A DNA stretch of 50,668 bases from the NCBI GenBank assembly GCA_014376525.1, contig JACMRI010000061.1:1-50668 (forward strand). Direction: 5' to 3'. The notes below the pieces were generated by a model that was not told the DNA's origin, searched no databases, and was given only the letters and a program-made list of their open reading frames with translations. Positions 49,934 to 50,668 of the stretch are shown one piece after another. This stretch comes from Bacteroidia bacterium (GTDB taxonomy: Bacteria; Bacteroidota; Bacteroidia; UBA4408). Within the stretch, counting starts at the first letter, position 1, and each line of letters opens with the position of its first letter. The translations under genes were made by a program, and so were the position numbers.

Positions 49934-50437
49934 TTAATGGGGCGTAAATTTTTGTACTAAAATAGTCATTAATGCGGTATAATTAAATCTAAATAACTTG
50001 CACATTTATATGTAATGCTCTAACTACATTATAGGGTTTATACTTAAATAATAAACGACATAATATTTGATGTCTATTTTGATAAACATTGTTTATTCAT
50101 GAAACTAAACTTGTTATAATTGAGCTTACAGTAGTTAAAAATAACTTGGTGAGTATAATGTGATAAGCATGAAGTAAAATATTAATAAAGCTAAAAATGT
50201 AGCATTTATGGCTTTAATTCACCTTTCATTTTGTTTACATAGTTGCATTATATTGCTAAATCTTGTCTTGGTAGCTGAGCGAAACCTCAGTTCCATATGG
50301 GGATCTGCTTTGGTTAGCCACCAGTAGGGGAATAAATGCCACCGCCATGTAAATATACAGCTACTGAGGCATTAATAAAAATTGGTAAAAAACAAAATAG
50401 TAATTGTGCTATCTTATATGTAATAATAATTTCGTTA

Positions 50438-50668
50438 TTAATCTATCCGTTTTATACTTGCGCCTAGTGCATTCAATCTATCATCAATGTGTTGGTAACC
50501 ACGGTCTATTTGTTCTATGTTGTGTAATGTAGATTTTCCGTTGGCGCTCATAGCAGCTATAAGCAACGCAAGTCCTGCACGTATGTCGGGAGAAGTCATA
50601 GAAATAGCGCGTAAGGCAGTTTGTCTGTTAAGCCCTATAACCGTGGCACGGTGTGGGTCGCACAGTAT
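50438..50668 (-). CDS. murA: UDP-N-acetylglucosamine 1-carboxyvinyltransferase, 3' end (truncated by window edge)
   Basis: Manual translation: [12 protein letters not shown]...[19 protein letters not shown]...NIEQIDRGY...[13 protein letters not shown]. Confidence 0.93.
   Translation of the reverse strand: MLCDPHRATVIGLNRQTALRAISMTSPDIRAGLALLIAAMSANGKSTLHNIEQIDRGYQHIDDRLNALGASIKRID

Noticed and set aside
1-50668. CRISPR array, tRNA, rRNA, prophage, IS transposase, DGR
   Set aside because: No regularly spaced 25-45 bp repeats, RNA-gene signatures, phage genes, integrase/transposase or reverse transcriptase were seen by eye. The paralog similarity at 13.8-20.8 kb is whole-gene duplication, not an adenine-specific TR/VR pair.

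Overview
AT-rich chromosomal window of a Bacteroidota bacterium. The assignment rests on TAnnTTTG -7 promoter elements, five type IX secretion (T9SS) cargo proteins, a mitochondrial-type aconitase and a PadR-PspC module. Most of it is housekeeping genes from broken-up operons (purL, prmC, ansA, ppiD/surA-like, acn, paaD, paaI, addA-like, nuoD, msrB, aroC, yciH, gltX, folB, ribBA, murA 3' end), plus surface proteins and a glycosyltransferase/GDP-heptose (hddA-gmhA) cluster. The best candidate for an undescribed system is a compositionally foreign two-gene cassette between purL and prmC (4072-5722). It encodes an ABC-type (AAA_15/AAA_21-like) ATPase overlapping a small basic protein with a variant PD-(D/E)xK-like motif (RWD...FIEVH); the partner is neither the HNH nor the TOPRIM type of Septu, PARIS or Gabija. 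Features missed by the ORF track include an orphan RHS fragment at the left edge, a frameshifted crcB/fluC pseudogene, a tandem palindromic operator over the padR promoter, a 7-bp-period repeat array and the murA 3' end. No rRNA, tRNA, CRISPR array, integrase or transposase was seen. All family assignments come from motif recognition by eye, not database searches.
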